Source: Microcoleus sp. (lineage in GTDB: Bacteria > Cyanobacteriota > Cyanobacteriia > Cyanobacteriales > Microcoleaceae). Taken from it: a DNA stretch of 64,000 nt. Location: contig JAYFMW010000028.1 in NCBI GenBank assembly GCA_042408215.1, forward strand, positions 344,108 through 408,107. Reading direction: 5' to 3'. A program made the translations under genes and the position numbers. Position 1 is the stretch's first letter; each line of letters begins with the position of its first letter. The notes under the pieces are model-generated. The model made no database searches, was not told the origin of the DNA, and was given only the letters and a program-made list of their open reading frames with translations. This document shows, in pieces, positions 31,628-42,033 of the stretch.

Positions 31628-33217
31628 ATGACAACGATAAAAATCGACATGAATGAAATTAGTCAAACGGTGCAACCAGAAGGAATGGTAAGGGCCGGAG
31701 TTCAAAAAATTCGCACCATGATAGAGGGCTTTGACGACATCAGTCATGGCGGGATGCCGATCGGCAGAACTACCTTAGTCAGCGGCACGTCGGGAACGGG
31801 AAAAACCTTATTTGCCGTACAATTCCTCTACAACGGAATCACCCATTTTGACGAAGCTGGAGTCTTCGTAACTTTTGAAGAATCTCCAACAGATATTATT
31901 AAAAATGCTTGTAGTTTCGGCTGGGATTTAACCAAGTTAATTGATGAAGGTAAGCTGTTTATTTTAGACGCTTCCCCCGATCCTGAAGGTCAGGATATCG
32001 TGGGAAATTTTGATTTATCAGCCCTGATCGAACGAATTCAATACGCAATTCGCAAGTACAAAGCAAAGCGGGTTTCTATAGATTCGGTGACAGCAGTATT
32101 TCAGCAGTACGACGCTGCATCGGTGGTGCGACGAGAGATTTTTCGTTTAGTTGCTCGCCTCAAACAAGTAGGGGCAACTACAGTCATGACTACCGAACGG
32201 GTGGAAGAATACGGCCCGGTGGCCCGGTTTGGAGTGGAGGAGTTTGTGTCGGACAACGTGGTGATTGTTCGCAACGTTTTGGAAGGAGAACGCCGCCGCC
32301 GGACTCTGGAAATTTTGAAGTTGCGAGGTACAACTCACATGAAAGGTGAGTATCCTTTTACCATTACTAATGACGGGATTAATATTTTTCCCTTGGGGGC
32401 GATGCGATTGACTCAAAGATCTTCTAATGTTCGGGTTTCTTCCGGGGACAAAACTCTCGACGAAATGTGCGGCGGCGGTTTCTTTAAGGACTCGATTATT
32501 TTGGCTACGGGTGCGACGGGAACTGGCAAAACGCTGTTGGTAAGCAAGTTTTTGGAGAATGCTTGCATGAATGGCGATCGGGCCATGCTGTTTGCTTATG
32601 AAGAGTCGCGGGCGCAGTTGTTCCGCAATGCTTATTCTTGGGGCATTGATTTTGAGGAAATGGAACATAAAGGTCTGTTAAAAATTCTTTGTAATTACCC
32701 GGAATCTGCTGGTTTGGAAGACCATTTGCAAAATATTAAATCAGAAATTGCTGATTTTAAACCGTCTCGAATTGCGATCGATTCCCTGTCAGCTTTAGAA
32801 CGGGGAGTTAGCAATAATTCATTCCGGCAATTTGTGATCGGGGTGACTGCTTTCGCCAAGCAGGAGGAAATTACAGGCTTTTTCACGAATACAAGCGATC
32901 AGTTTATGGGTTCTAATTCGATTACGGATTCCCATATTTCTACGATTACTGACACGATCATCATGCTTCAGTATGTGGAAATTCGAGGGGAAATGTCGCG
33001 GGCAATTAATGTGTTTAAGATGCGCGGTTCCTGGCACGACAAGGGAATTCGGGAATACACTATTACTGATAAGGGGCCGGTAATTCGGGATTCTTTCCGC
33101 AGTTACGAACGGATTATCAGTGGTTGTCCGACTCGAATTACAATTAATGAGAAGAGTGAATTATCGCGGATTCTTAAGGGTGTGCAAGGTCAAGACAATG
33201 ACGATGACGATATTTAA
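31628..33217 (+). CDS. kaiC: Circadian clock ATPase/kinase KaiC
   Basis: Two P-loops (GTSGTGKT, GATGTGKT), EE motifs, SHISTITD phosphosites, KaiA-binding tail. Confidence 0.99.
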   Translation: MTTIKIDMNEISQTVQPEGMVRAGVQKIRTMIEGFDDISHGGMPIGRTTLVSGTSGTGKTLFAVQFLYNGITHFDEAGVFVTFEESPTDIIKNACSFGWDLTKLIDEGKLFILDASPDPEGQDIVGNFDLSALIERIQYAIRKYKAKRVSIDSVTAVFQQYDAASVVRREIFRLVARLKQVGATTVMTTERVEEYGPVARFGVEEFVSDNVVIVRNVLEGERRRRTLEILKLRGTTHMKGEYPFTITNDGINIFPLGAMRLTQRSSNVRVSSGDKTLDEMCGGGFFKDSIILATGATGTGKTLLVSKFLENACMNGDRAMLFAYEESRAQLFRNAYSWGIDFEEMEHKGLLKILCNYPESAGLEDHLQNIKSEIADFKPSRIAIDSLSALERGVSNNSFRQFVIGVTAFAKQEEITGFFTNTSDQFMGSNSITDSHISTITDTIIMLQYVEIRGEMSRAINVFKMRGSWHDKGIREYTITDKGPVIRDSFRSYERIISGCPTRITINEKSELSRILKGVQGQDNDDDDI

Positions 33218-33376
33218 TAGACATCTCCAACAAATAATCTCAAGCTTTTTCTAGACTCGGGGGTGAAGTATTTGGCCGACAATGTATGTTTCTTTCTGCT
33301 TGTTTTATGTCCAAATGCTTCACCCCCCCCAGCAGAGGCGCTCCGGGCGGGAGCTTGGATTTTTCCCAGATGTCTA
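33218..33376. mobile_element. MITE-like element after kaiC
   Basis: TAGACATCT...AGATGTCTA ends with an internal GGGGGTGAAG...CTTCACCCCC palindrome. Confidence 0.6.
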
Positions 33377-33390
33377 AGAACAGAATACCA

Positions 33391-33423
33391 GAGCCCCGCA
33401 GCACTTTAAGTGCTGCGGGGCTC
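33391..33423. terminator. Strong GC-rich hairpin downstream of kaiC and of the tRNA 3' repeat
   Basis: GAGCCCCGCAGCACTT-T-AAGTGCTGCGGGGCTC; no clear U tract. Confidence 0.55.
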
Positions 33424-33580
33424 TAGGGGATCAGACAGGGCGATCGGATTTTACGTTTAATTAGAGCGACCTACTTAATTAAGGGAAAAACGGGAGAAAA
33501 GAAGCGCTAACAGCACCTTGCTGTTACGCTTTCATAACTTAAACCCAGTCCTAGACTGAATTTACGATGATCTTTCTCAA

Positions 33581-35540
33581 CGAGCACGGAGGGGATTGAA
33601 TTAGCGCTTAGTTCTCAATCGACGATTTTACGTCGTTATAGCCATTTTTTGTACCCACTCTGAAAGTCCTGTTTTGGATTTGAGCGAATACCGAGCGATT
33701 TGCTGTACGCTGTCTACAGCAAGCAAACTCGCCATTCTTATACTAGGGAGCGAAAGATGAGCGAAAAATCTGAGCCAGTCACAGCAAGCGCCACCGCTGA
33801 CTACCTTGTTGGCTATGAGCGGATTTTGGACTACTTTAAACAAGCGCAAAAAGAATGCCCCAAAGGGGTAGGCCTAAAAAGAGACAGGAAAGCTAGCGGT
33901 GGTTACATAACCCTGCAATTCAAGTTAGGTAACAAGCGGGTCAACAAAACTTGTGGGTGCTACCTGACGATGCAAGGTATCACTGATGCTCTGAGGAAAG
34001 CTCATCTAGTTGCTAGTGCTTTACAATCCTTCTCTAGCGAGAGTCGATTTTTAGTCTGGTATGATGATGTTATTTTGAACAAAAATGTTATCAAAAATGA
34101 TTTGATGACGTTTGGCGAGGCCATAGCAAAAGTAGAGAAAGAATACTGGGATGGGCGCACTAAACGCCGTCAGCAACGTGACAGGAGTAATGCTAGTCAT
34201 CAAAACTCCTGGGGATGTGTTTACGGACAGTATTTTAAACTGTTGCCCGGTGAGGCTATTGTAAATTCGGTAGATATTCTGTCTATCATTCACACTAAAA
34301 AGCAAGGGACTAAATGCTTCAAGAACTGCTTGTGTGCAATGAAAAAACTAGCTGAGACTATTGGCGATACTGAGTTGTTGTGCAGGCTGAAAGAAATTGA
34401 CGGTACGCAAACAGAATTCCGAGAAGACCTTCAAACTTTATCAGTCGATGACTTTTTGAAGCTTCGCAATCAGGTTCTCAGTGTTTCGGATGACAAGCGA
34501 TATCATTTGGAATCGCGCAAACGGTGGCTGTGGGTATTTTCAATGCAGATGGTGTATGGCTTTCGGGTTCACGAAGTTTTTGCTATTCAGAACATTGACC
34601 AACCTTTTAAGACAAAGGATGGTGTTGTTATTCCGGCACTGATTGAGCCAAACAATATAAGAATGATTGCCGTAGTCGGTGATAAGACACTATTAGACAC
34701 GACGACCAAAACTGGCTACCGACTGTGTGTACCAATGCTTCCCCCTACTCACACTGACTTGATAGAGTGTCTAGAAATTAAGGCGGGTAAATTGCCTGAT
34801 ATTGGAACACTATCAAGGAACCCGAAAACAATTGCTGGACTATATAGTGACCGTGCATCAAATATCTTAAGAAGATGGAACAAAGGTTTTACTCAATCTC
34901 ATGCGTTACGTCACCTAGCTAATCTCAACGGTCAAATGGCGGGAATATCTCAGGAAATGAGAGCTAAAAGTTTGGGACATTCACCACAGATAAATGAAAC
35001 TGTTTACAAGCGTCGCGCTAGTACGAAAACAACGATTGATTTATTAACTCAGTCCACAACCGAAGCTATTCCTTTAGGTAGTGCAATTCTGGTGCTTAAA
35101 CAGTTAGGTAGTGACGTGAAAAATATCAATTTGCTGGCCGCTATTTACGGCATTACGCCCGATGAAGTGATGGAGTTACTCACTGAATAATTAGACACAA
35201 AACTTTACAGTCCCCCTATTGACCAATTGCACGCCCGTAACGGCGACTTGGGGTTAGATGTGCAGATGTTGCAATCGGAGTTGGAGGCGGTCAAGAGCGA
35301 TCGCCCTGAAGTTCAAGAATCCGTCCCGCAGATTTTCCTGAACCAGGCGGCCTACTCAACCAGTTGAGGACGCGGCGCAAAAAATCCAGGGCGGACTTGG
35401 CTGATATGGAAGTGGTTTTGGAAATACTCGGAACCGACGGGAGCGAAATTTGAGCGGAAAATAAGAATATCGGTCATATAGTTAACCTGAAACTCTTACA
35501 CCATAAAAGCAATACAAAATGAACACGGAGGGATTTGAAC
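33581..35540. mobile_element. Minimal integrative element in tRNA-Arg(CCG)
   Basis: Imperfect 20-bp direct repeat of the tRNA 3' end (33581-33600 versus 35520-35539) flanking an integrase. Confidence 0.88.
33757..35190 (+). CDS. Tyrosine recombinase/integrase
   Basis: YGFRVHE (R), TKTG (K), HALRH (HxxR), LGHS...VY (H, Y); ATG 33757 preferred over the upstream TTG at 33700. Confidence 0.9.
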   Translation: MSEKSEPVTASATADYLVGYERILDYFKQAQKECPKGVGLKRDRKASGGYITLQFKLGNKRVNKTCGCYLTMQGITDALRKAHLVASALQSFSSESRFLVWYDDVILNKNVIKNDLMTFGEAIAKVEKEYWDGRTKRRQQRDRSNASHQNSWGCVYGQYFKLLPGEAIVNSVDILSIIHTKKQGTKCFKNCLCAMKKLAETIGDTELLCRLKEIDGTQTEFREDLQTLSVDDFLKLRNQVLSVSDDKRYHLESRKRWLWVFSMQMVYGFRVHEVFAIQNIDQPFKTKDGVVIPALIEPNNIRMIAVVGDKTLLDTTTKTGYRLCVPMLPPTHTDLIECLEIKAGKLPDIGTLSRNPKTIAGLYSDRASNILRRWNKGFTQSHALRHLANLNGQMAGISQEMRAKSLGHSPQINETVYKRRASTKTTIDLLTQSTTEAIPLGSAILVLKQLGSDVKNINLLAAIYGITPDEVMELLTE

Positions 35541-35592
35541 CCCCGACCCTCAGGACCGGAACCTGATGCTCTATCCACTGAGCTACGTGCCC
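35520..35592 (-). tRNA. tRNA-Arg(CCG)
   Basis: GGGCACGTAGCTCAGTGGATAGAGCA-TCAGG-TTCCGGT-CCTGA-GGGTCGGGGGTTCAAATCCCTCCGTGTTCA cloverleaf; CCA not encoded. Confidence 0.96.
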
Positions 35593-35957
35593 TCAACTTT
35601 TATGAGTATAGCACGTCTTGCTGAAAATAGCTAGGACGATCGCAAATTCGATCGCCAGCCTCTGAACCCTTTGACTAATGGGGGCTCTACTCGCCCTTGG
35701 CCGATCGGTATTAGGTGTTTATGGACAGCAGACACGGCAAATTACACTTAAATTGTCAAAATCCTACAGAGATTTTCGATCAAATAATCAGCTGCAACAT
35801 CGCCAATACTAGATTTATATTCGATCGGGCTTGAGTATGTACCGCTAATAGGGCTAAAGCAATTCGACTTGAGCTATGCGGCTGGCTTCGGGGTCCTATT
35901 TTCCTTCTTCTCGGCTGAAGAGTCTGCTAGACTAACTTAATAAAACCCTTAAACCTC

Positions 35958-36167
35958 ATGGTAGTTCAAGTTTTGGAAAAGCCGCCGCTGGGAGTTGTCC
36001 TGATAGTTCCCTTTGTCCTGCAAATTGTCGGCGCTGTGGGATTAGTCGGATATCTTTCTTTTAGGAACGGACAAAAAGCCGTCAATAACCTTGGGAGTCA
36101 GTTGATGAGCGAGGTTATACCAATGCTCCAAAGTTATGCAACAGTAGCCAGGGCCGATCAAATATAA
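35958..36167 (+). pseudogene. Truncated N-terminus of a membrane sensor (Cache/HAMP kinase or cyclase type)
   Basis: VLIVPFVLQIVGAVGLVGYLSFRNGQKAVNNL is a common cyanobacterial sensor start; similarity stops near 36117. Confidence 0.7.
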
Positions 36168-36282
36168 TCCCATGCGGTTATAGATGCTATTGTTTCCATT
36201 GAAAATTATTCAATAAAAGTGCGAAGTTTTGCTTAAAGAGCATCTAAATTATCATGAATTCCGCAACTCAATTCTTGTTTTA

Positions 36283-36403
36283 TATCAAATCCTATCTTCA
36301 TCGGAATAGTAAATTCGAGTTAACTGTTAACTGTCAACAGTTAACTGTTAACTGTTAACTGTCAACCGTCAACAATCACCTGACGGTGCAACCGGAATTG
36401 ATA
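36283..36403. mobile_element. Small MITE, TATCAAATCC-end family, carrying GTTAACT heptamers
   Basis: TATCAAATCC...CCGGAATTGATA with TTA duplicated on both sides. Confidence 0.75.
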
Positions 36404-36407
36404 TTAT

Positions 36408-36705
36408 ATAGTGCCACACTCTCTCAATCGGATTCAATTCCGGGCTGTATGGTGGTTGACAAATTAGTAAAACATCCAGCAGGTATTTTTCAGCTACTAC
36501 TATGATGAAACCTACCACGATCCAATTGAACAACATTTAGATGTTCTGGATATTCAGATGCTAATTTTTTTCAGAATATTTGAAAACATAGACCATCTAG
36601 ATGTGAGAAATATAGCCAAAAACTTTCTCCTGTTTGTGGGGAAACTGCTCCAGATAAATAGTAAGCTTTAAAAATCCATTGAACTTTACCTATTGGTTAG
36701 ACTCC
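36408..36705 (-). pseudogene. IS630 family transposase DDE fragment
   Basis: Manual translation: [26 protein letters not shown]...VVQLDRGRFH...QPPYSPELNPIERVWH with stops and a frameshift; absent from the ORF track. Confidence 0.85.
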
Positions 36706-36707
36706 AA

Positions 36708-37412
36708 AACCAATTTATCAGTGTTGTCACCCAAGTTGAAGCCGCCCTAGCTAGCACTCCTGGGCCTTATTTCCTCGCTGAATTTGGCACTGCGGATGTG
36801 ATCTTTACGCCCTACGTCGAACGGATGAATGCCAGTCTTTACTATTACAAAGGCTACTCGATGCGGGCAGAAAACCCGCGCTTTGCAGACTGGTTTGCGG
36901 GGATGGAAAGCCGCCCTACCTATCGCGGTACTCAAAGCGATTTTCATACTCATGTCCACGATTTACCGCCTCAAATGGGGGGCTGTTTTGAAAACGGCGA
37001 ACCGCAGATGTTACTCAATAAAGCTCGCGTGGATAATGGGCCTTGGGCTGGACTCCCGGATGTTATGTACCCAGAACCGGAAACCTCGCGCGCTGAAGCA
37101 CTCCACCGCGTTATTAAGCATCATCGCAACATTATTAAAGTCAATCCTGCGGATGACAACTTATTTGATGAGGCTTTGCGTTGTGCTTTAACTTTGATGA
37201 TGACTGATGAAGTTTGTACGCCTCCGGTTGGTTCTGATGGGGCTTTGCGGTATTTGCGCGATCGGGTGAATGTGCCCCGTGATATGTCGATTTACGCGGC
37301 CAAGCGATTGAGGGAAGCGTTGGAGGAAACGGCGGCTTTGGTGGGTGATGGCCAAGGTGCTCCGATTCTGCTGAAGCATCGGCGAGATCAAGATCCGGCT
37401 AATTTTGTGTAG
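36708..37412 (+). pseudogene. 5'-truncated second copy of the GST gene
   Basis: From NQFISVV to DQDPANFV* nearly identical in protein to 21526-22230; lacks the CPYC thioredoxin-like domain. Confidence 0.93.
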
Positions 37413-37704
37413 TGTTAATCCGTAGGGTGCGTCGCTGCGAGATATTGGATATAATTTGCAGATTGACGGGTGGCGACGCACCCTAATTGCTAATTGTGTG
37501 TAGTGTTAATCCGTAGGGTGCGTCGCTGCGAGATTTTGGATATAACTTGCAGATTATAGATGGCGACGCACCCTAATTGCTAATTTTGTGTAGTGTTAAT
37601 CCGTAGGGTGCGTCGCTGCGAGATTTTGGATATAACTTGCAGATTATAGATGGCGACGCACCCCTAATTGCTAATTTTGTGTAGCGTTAATCCGTAGGGT
37701 GCGT
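37409..37704. repeat. About 3.3 tandem 90-91 bp REP-containing units
   Basis: Units start at 37409, 37500, 37590, 37681; each contains GTAGGGTGCGTCGC...GCGACGCACCCTA and the last GST codons. Confidence 0.92.
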
Positions 37705-40417
37705 AGTGACGGTATAGCGATCGCTTATTCCTTGGAGTGTGATATTTTCTTGTATAGCATCATGAGGAATCAAGACATATTGCCAAGATTTACCACCACG
37801 ATCGAGCATATAGTCTGAAGCATTTTGACACCATTGAACTGCGACATCTTTCTTAGCAAGCACTTGAGGATCGCTTATTTCATTTTTAGCTTTAGGTTCA
37901 AGCATATAGATAAAGTCTTCTGTTTCAGCAACAAAATCTGGTTGATATTCTAGATAATTACCGTGCCATTTGTAATAAAGCTGAAATTGTCCTTTTGCGG
38001 GTTTAAACCATTTGATTGCATCCCGTTCTAAAATCAGTGCTAGTATTCTTTCTGCTTCCGATTGAAATTTCTGTTCTCGATAGAGGCATTTGGAGAAACC
38101 TGTAAACAGATATTTGGACATATTGCTTTTGTCTCGTGGCGAAGATTGATAATCAAGGCAATTTTTAGCACTTGTAGTGTAGGCGCTATCTTTTAGGGCT
38201 GTAAAACCTTTACTGATTATAACTTCATAACCTGTTGTTTCTTCCCAGAAATTTGGCTGCATTTCGCTATGGACAAAATTGGCAATTTTCCTTTGGTAAA
38301 AGCGTAAAACTTTGTGTGTATTTTCTTCGGATAAGTAGGTCATAAAATGACTGATAACTTGATCCGCAAGGTCATAGAGTAAATCAGCGTGTTCGTCATA
38401 GGAAATATCATCGAAGTTGACTAAATTTTTGACAATATAGTTTTCTAGCCGTGATTCTTCAAAGTTTTCTTTGTTAATTCCCATATATTCAACTTTATTC
38501 GTTGTTAGCGATTGAATATGTAATTCTTCTTGGGAGGGAACGGGATAGTTTAAGCCTGTGACATCTAGGGCAAAAGACCTGAAACCCGATCGCACTTCCC
38601 CTTTAGGAATAACAAGAATTTTAGGAATATTGATGGTTTGCTGGATAACTAAATTCGTTGTTTTCGCAACGATAGCTTCAATATCTGGAGGTGCTATTAT
38701 ACCTTCAAGTTCCATTTGTGCGGGTTGATATTTTCTAGCTACGGCTTCGCGCACCCTTCCCTGAACTTTTGGGGATGCAAGATGGGCGGTGGTTGGGACT
38801 TCTTCGGGGCGGCTTTCAAGCTTTAGGATTTCTTGGTATGTAAGCTGTGCAATCTTTTGTTCTATAGGTGATTGAAATAGGGATTGTTGAATATTTTGGG
38901 GTTCGGTTGCAGGTAAATTATCAGGTAAATTAATGGGTGGTTCGGTGTGAAGTCCTAGATTTTGGGCTAGTTGCGATCGCGAAATTACTGTTTGTGTCTT
39001 TTGCTGTAAGTCTTCATCTGTGAGGATAATTTGTTTCAGGCGGATTTGGGATTCTGGGCGCTTTGCTTCATCGACAATTTCTTGGAACTTGTCATGGGCG
39101 ACGATATTTAGGCGATCGACAATTTCTACACCTGTACGCATTCCATAGGGCAAACGCAAGCCCCGTCCAATAGATTGCTCGATCAGGATTTTAGAATTTG
39201 CGGCTCTCAGAGGGACAATTGTATAGAGGTTGGTGACATCCCAACCTTCTTTGAGCATATTTACATGGATAACTATTTCAGTAGGTTCATCGGTATGTTC
39301 TACTTTCAGCAATCGCTCTACCATTTCATCTTCTTGAGCGCCCGTTTTACTAGAATCAACTTGAATAACTTTATGTTTATAATTTCCTTCGGAAAATTCA
39401 TCGGATTGAATGAGTTCCATGAGTTTTGAGGCGTGTTTAGTGTCACGGGCAATCACTAACACAAAGGGTTTAACAATTTGTTTTCCAGTTTGAATAGCAT
39501 AGGTTTCTAATTCAGCTTTAATATTTTCATGGAGATAGATGCCGTCTTCTAGTTTAAGACGCTCGATCGCCTCTGGTGACATTGACGCTGGGTTAAAGTC
39601 TTTGCGGGTAACGACTGCTGGATCTTTCACAAATCCATCGGTTATGGCACGTCCGAGGGGATAGTCATAGATGACATTTTTGAAAGCTACTGAACCTTTA
39701 TTGGTTTCGACAAAGGGTGTGGCGGTAAGTTCTAGCCCCATTAATGGTTTTAATTCATTAATAGCGCGAACTCCTGCTGATGCGCGATATCGGTGCGATT
39801 CATCCATGAGAATTACGAGGTCTTTTAATTGAGACAAGTAATCAAAATAGCTTTCGCCAATATATTCGGATAGTCGTTTAATTTTAGGGCTTTTACCGCC
39901 GCGTACTTCCGAGTTAATTTTTGAGATATTGAAGATATTGATTCTGCAACCGGAAAAATCAGTGATGATAGATGACTTTTCGTAATTATCTCCCGTAATG
40001 ATTTCTGGGAGATCGAGTCGCAAATTCAGAGATACCCGTAAATACATACTTTGAGGTTTTGGGCGTAAAGTCGGTAATCAGTTTGTTATAAATGGTCAGG
40101 TTTGGGGCAAGGATAAAGAAGTTTTTAATGTTATATGCTAGGTATAAGTAACTGATAAATGCGCCCATGAGTCGAGTTTTACCCACACCTGTGGCTAGGG
40201 CAAAACATAGGGATGGAAAGTCGCGCTCGAAGTCAGTAAACGTTGGGAATTCTTTTTTGATGGCGACTAAACTTGTTTCTCTATCTGTGATGTCTGGGAT
40301 GGATAAGAGTTCACAAATGCGATCGAGAATTTCTAATGATTGGCGCTGGGGATGGCGCAGACTGAGACGATTAGAAATATTATTAACAAGTTGATTTATC
40401 ATAGGTATCCATGTCAA
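37687..40417 (-). CDS. res: Type III restriction enzyme Res subunit, one frameshift near 40010-40020
   Basis: LATGVGKT in the 143-aa ORF; DESHRY, LKEGWDV, QSIGRGLR and YQPDF...LEPK nuclease motif in the 786-aa ORF; removing one base joins them. Confidence 0.9.
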
Positions 40418-42033
40418 ATAGTGTTAGTTGTCCGAACTTTGGGGGTGCTTTTGGCAAGTTTTCAATTTTTAGGCTGTAATCATCATGTCCCCATTCACAC
40501 CGTGAAAGGATTTGTTTAGGAATTTTTTTAACGGTGAGGTTTGGGAATATGTCGGTTTGGCCTCGAAAGGCGGTACATAAAACAAGTAGGGTGCGCTCTT
40601 GTCCTACTTCATCTGCAAGTTTAGATAGTTGTTCGTGACTAAAATTTTGGGTGGTGACATAGATAAAGTCGCTTTCGGTGGAATAGCCATGTTGCCAATA
40701 GAAGGTGTCTGATGGTGCGTAGGTGAAACCTTCGATTTTGCAGAGTGCTTCGGCAAGCATGGCGGCGTTATAGGTTTTGTTGATCACCCAATTATCCCAT
40801 TTGTCTTTTTCTAGTAGGGATGGTGCAAGATGATAGTATCGAAACCCGCCGCCACCTTTCCAGTTAACTGCTTTGCTAATTCCCCCTTGATCTTCGCCAT
40901 CAATTACTTTTTTGAGTCGGGGAATGATATGGGTATGACAATGTTCGCCGAGTTCAATCATGATCCAGCGTCTTCCCATTTTCTGCGCGACTGCGCCTGT
41001 TGTTCCTGATCCTGCAAAGGAATCAAGAACTAGATCGCCAGGATTAGATGGCAAGTCGAAGAATACGTTCTAGTAGCTTTTCAGGTTTAGGAGTTGAAAA
41101 AGATTCTTGTGCTAATAAGGCTTGCAATGCTCTCTTTTTGCATCTTGATTATGACCGACTTCTGATGCCACCATGTCCAATTGTTTGTCCGCCTCATTTC
41201 GTCAGAAACCGCTTTCCGAATCGTGGTCAGAGATCTCCATTCTACTCCCCAATACACGTTAGCCCTGTAGTAATTATCTAAATTTCTCTCTCGGAATATG
41301 CCCAACTACGCCCAGATGCAGGGAGAATAACTTTCACCAGATTTGGATTAGTGATTGGATAGTATAGATCAGGACGTCATCAATGATCTGTCTACCCGTA
41401 AATCGTCTGATTGCCCAAGCACCACGAGGATCATTATCAGGATTTTTGATATCGCTGATTCTGATTTTTCAGTTCGAGGAAGTCTGATTCGAGTATTCCA
41501 GATGCTTTAACTTTCGCATAAACAAGAATATGGTCGTGAGCATTACTGAACCAAGTTGCATCATTCGATGCCGGCGATACTTCTTTTTGCCAGACAACAT
41601 TCGCCACAAAATTTCCTCGCCCAAAAATCTCGTCACACATCACTTTTAAATAATGCGCTTCATTATCATCAATTGTGATCCACAAAGAACCATCATTAGA
41701 TAATAAATTACGCAAAATCTCTAAACGATCGCGCATTAAACCAAGCCAAATAGAATGCTCAATTCCATCATCATAATGTTCAAAAGCTGAGCCTGTATTA
41801 TATGGCGGATCGATAAAAACACACTTAACTTTTCCTGTAAACTCAGACTCTAAAGCCTTGAGAGCCAACAAATTATCCCCAAAAATTAAGCGATTATCAA
41901 AAATATCATTTTCACTCACCTGATGAGCAGCATGATAAGACCTCTCAGGATCTTCCAGCAAAATTCGCGGCTCCAGCTTGGGGCGAATATCCTTACCAAT
42001 CCAAGTTAATTCTAGTCTCTGCTTCTTATTCAT
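40383..42033 (-). pseudogene. mod: Type III Mod subunit (beta-class adenine methyltransferase), several frameshifts at 41050-41590
   Basis: FIDPPYNTG in the N-terminal ORF; LDSFAGSGTTG and GGGFRYY in the C-terminal ORF; TRD region broken across frames. Confidence 0.88.

Noticed and set aside
33757..35190. Integrase as the dedicated invertase for the hhoA/GST repeats
   Set aside because: It is fully explained by its own tRNA att pair, and the long inverted repeats need no site-specific enzyme; no supporting sites seen.
37409..37704. CRISPR array or integron attC cassette array
   Set aside because: Units are near-identical over 90 bp, with no variable spacers or cassette ORFs between them.
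40000..41600. Phase-variable type III mod controlled by simple sequence repeats
   Set aside because: No long homopolymer or tetranucleotide tract at the frameshifts.
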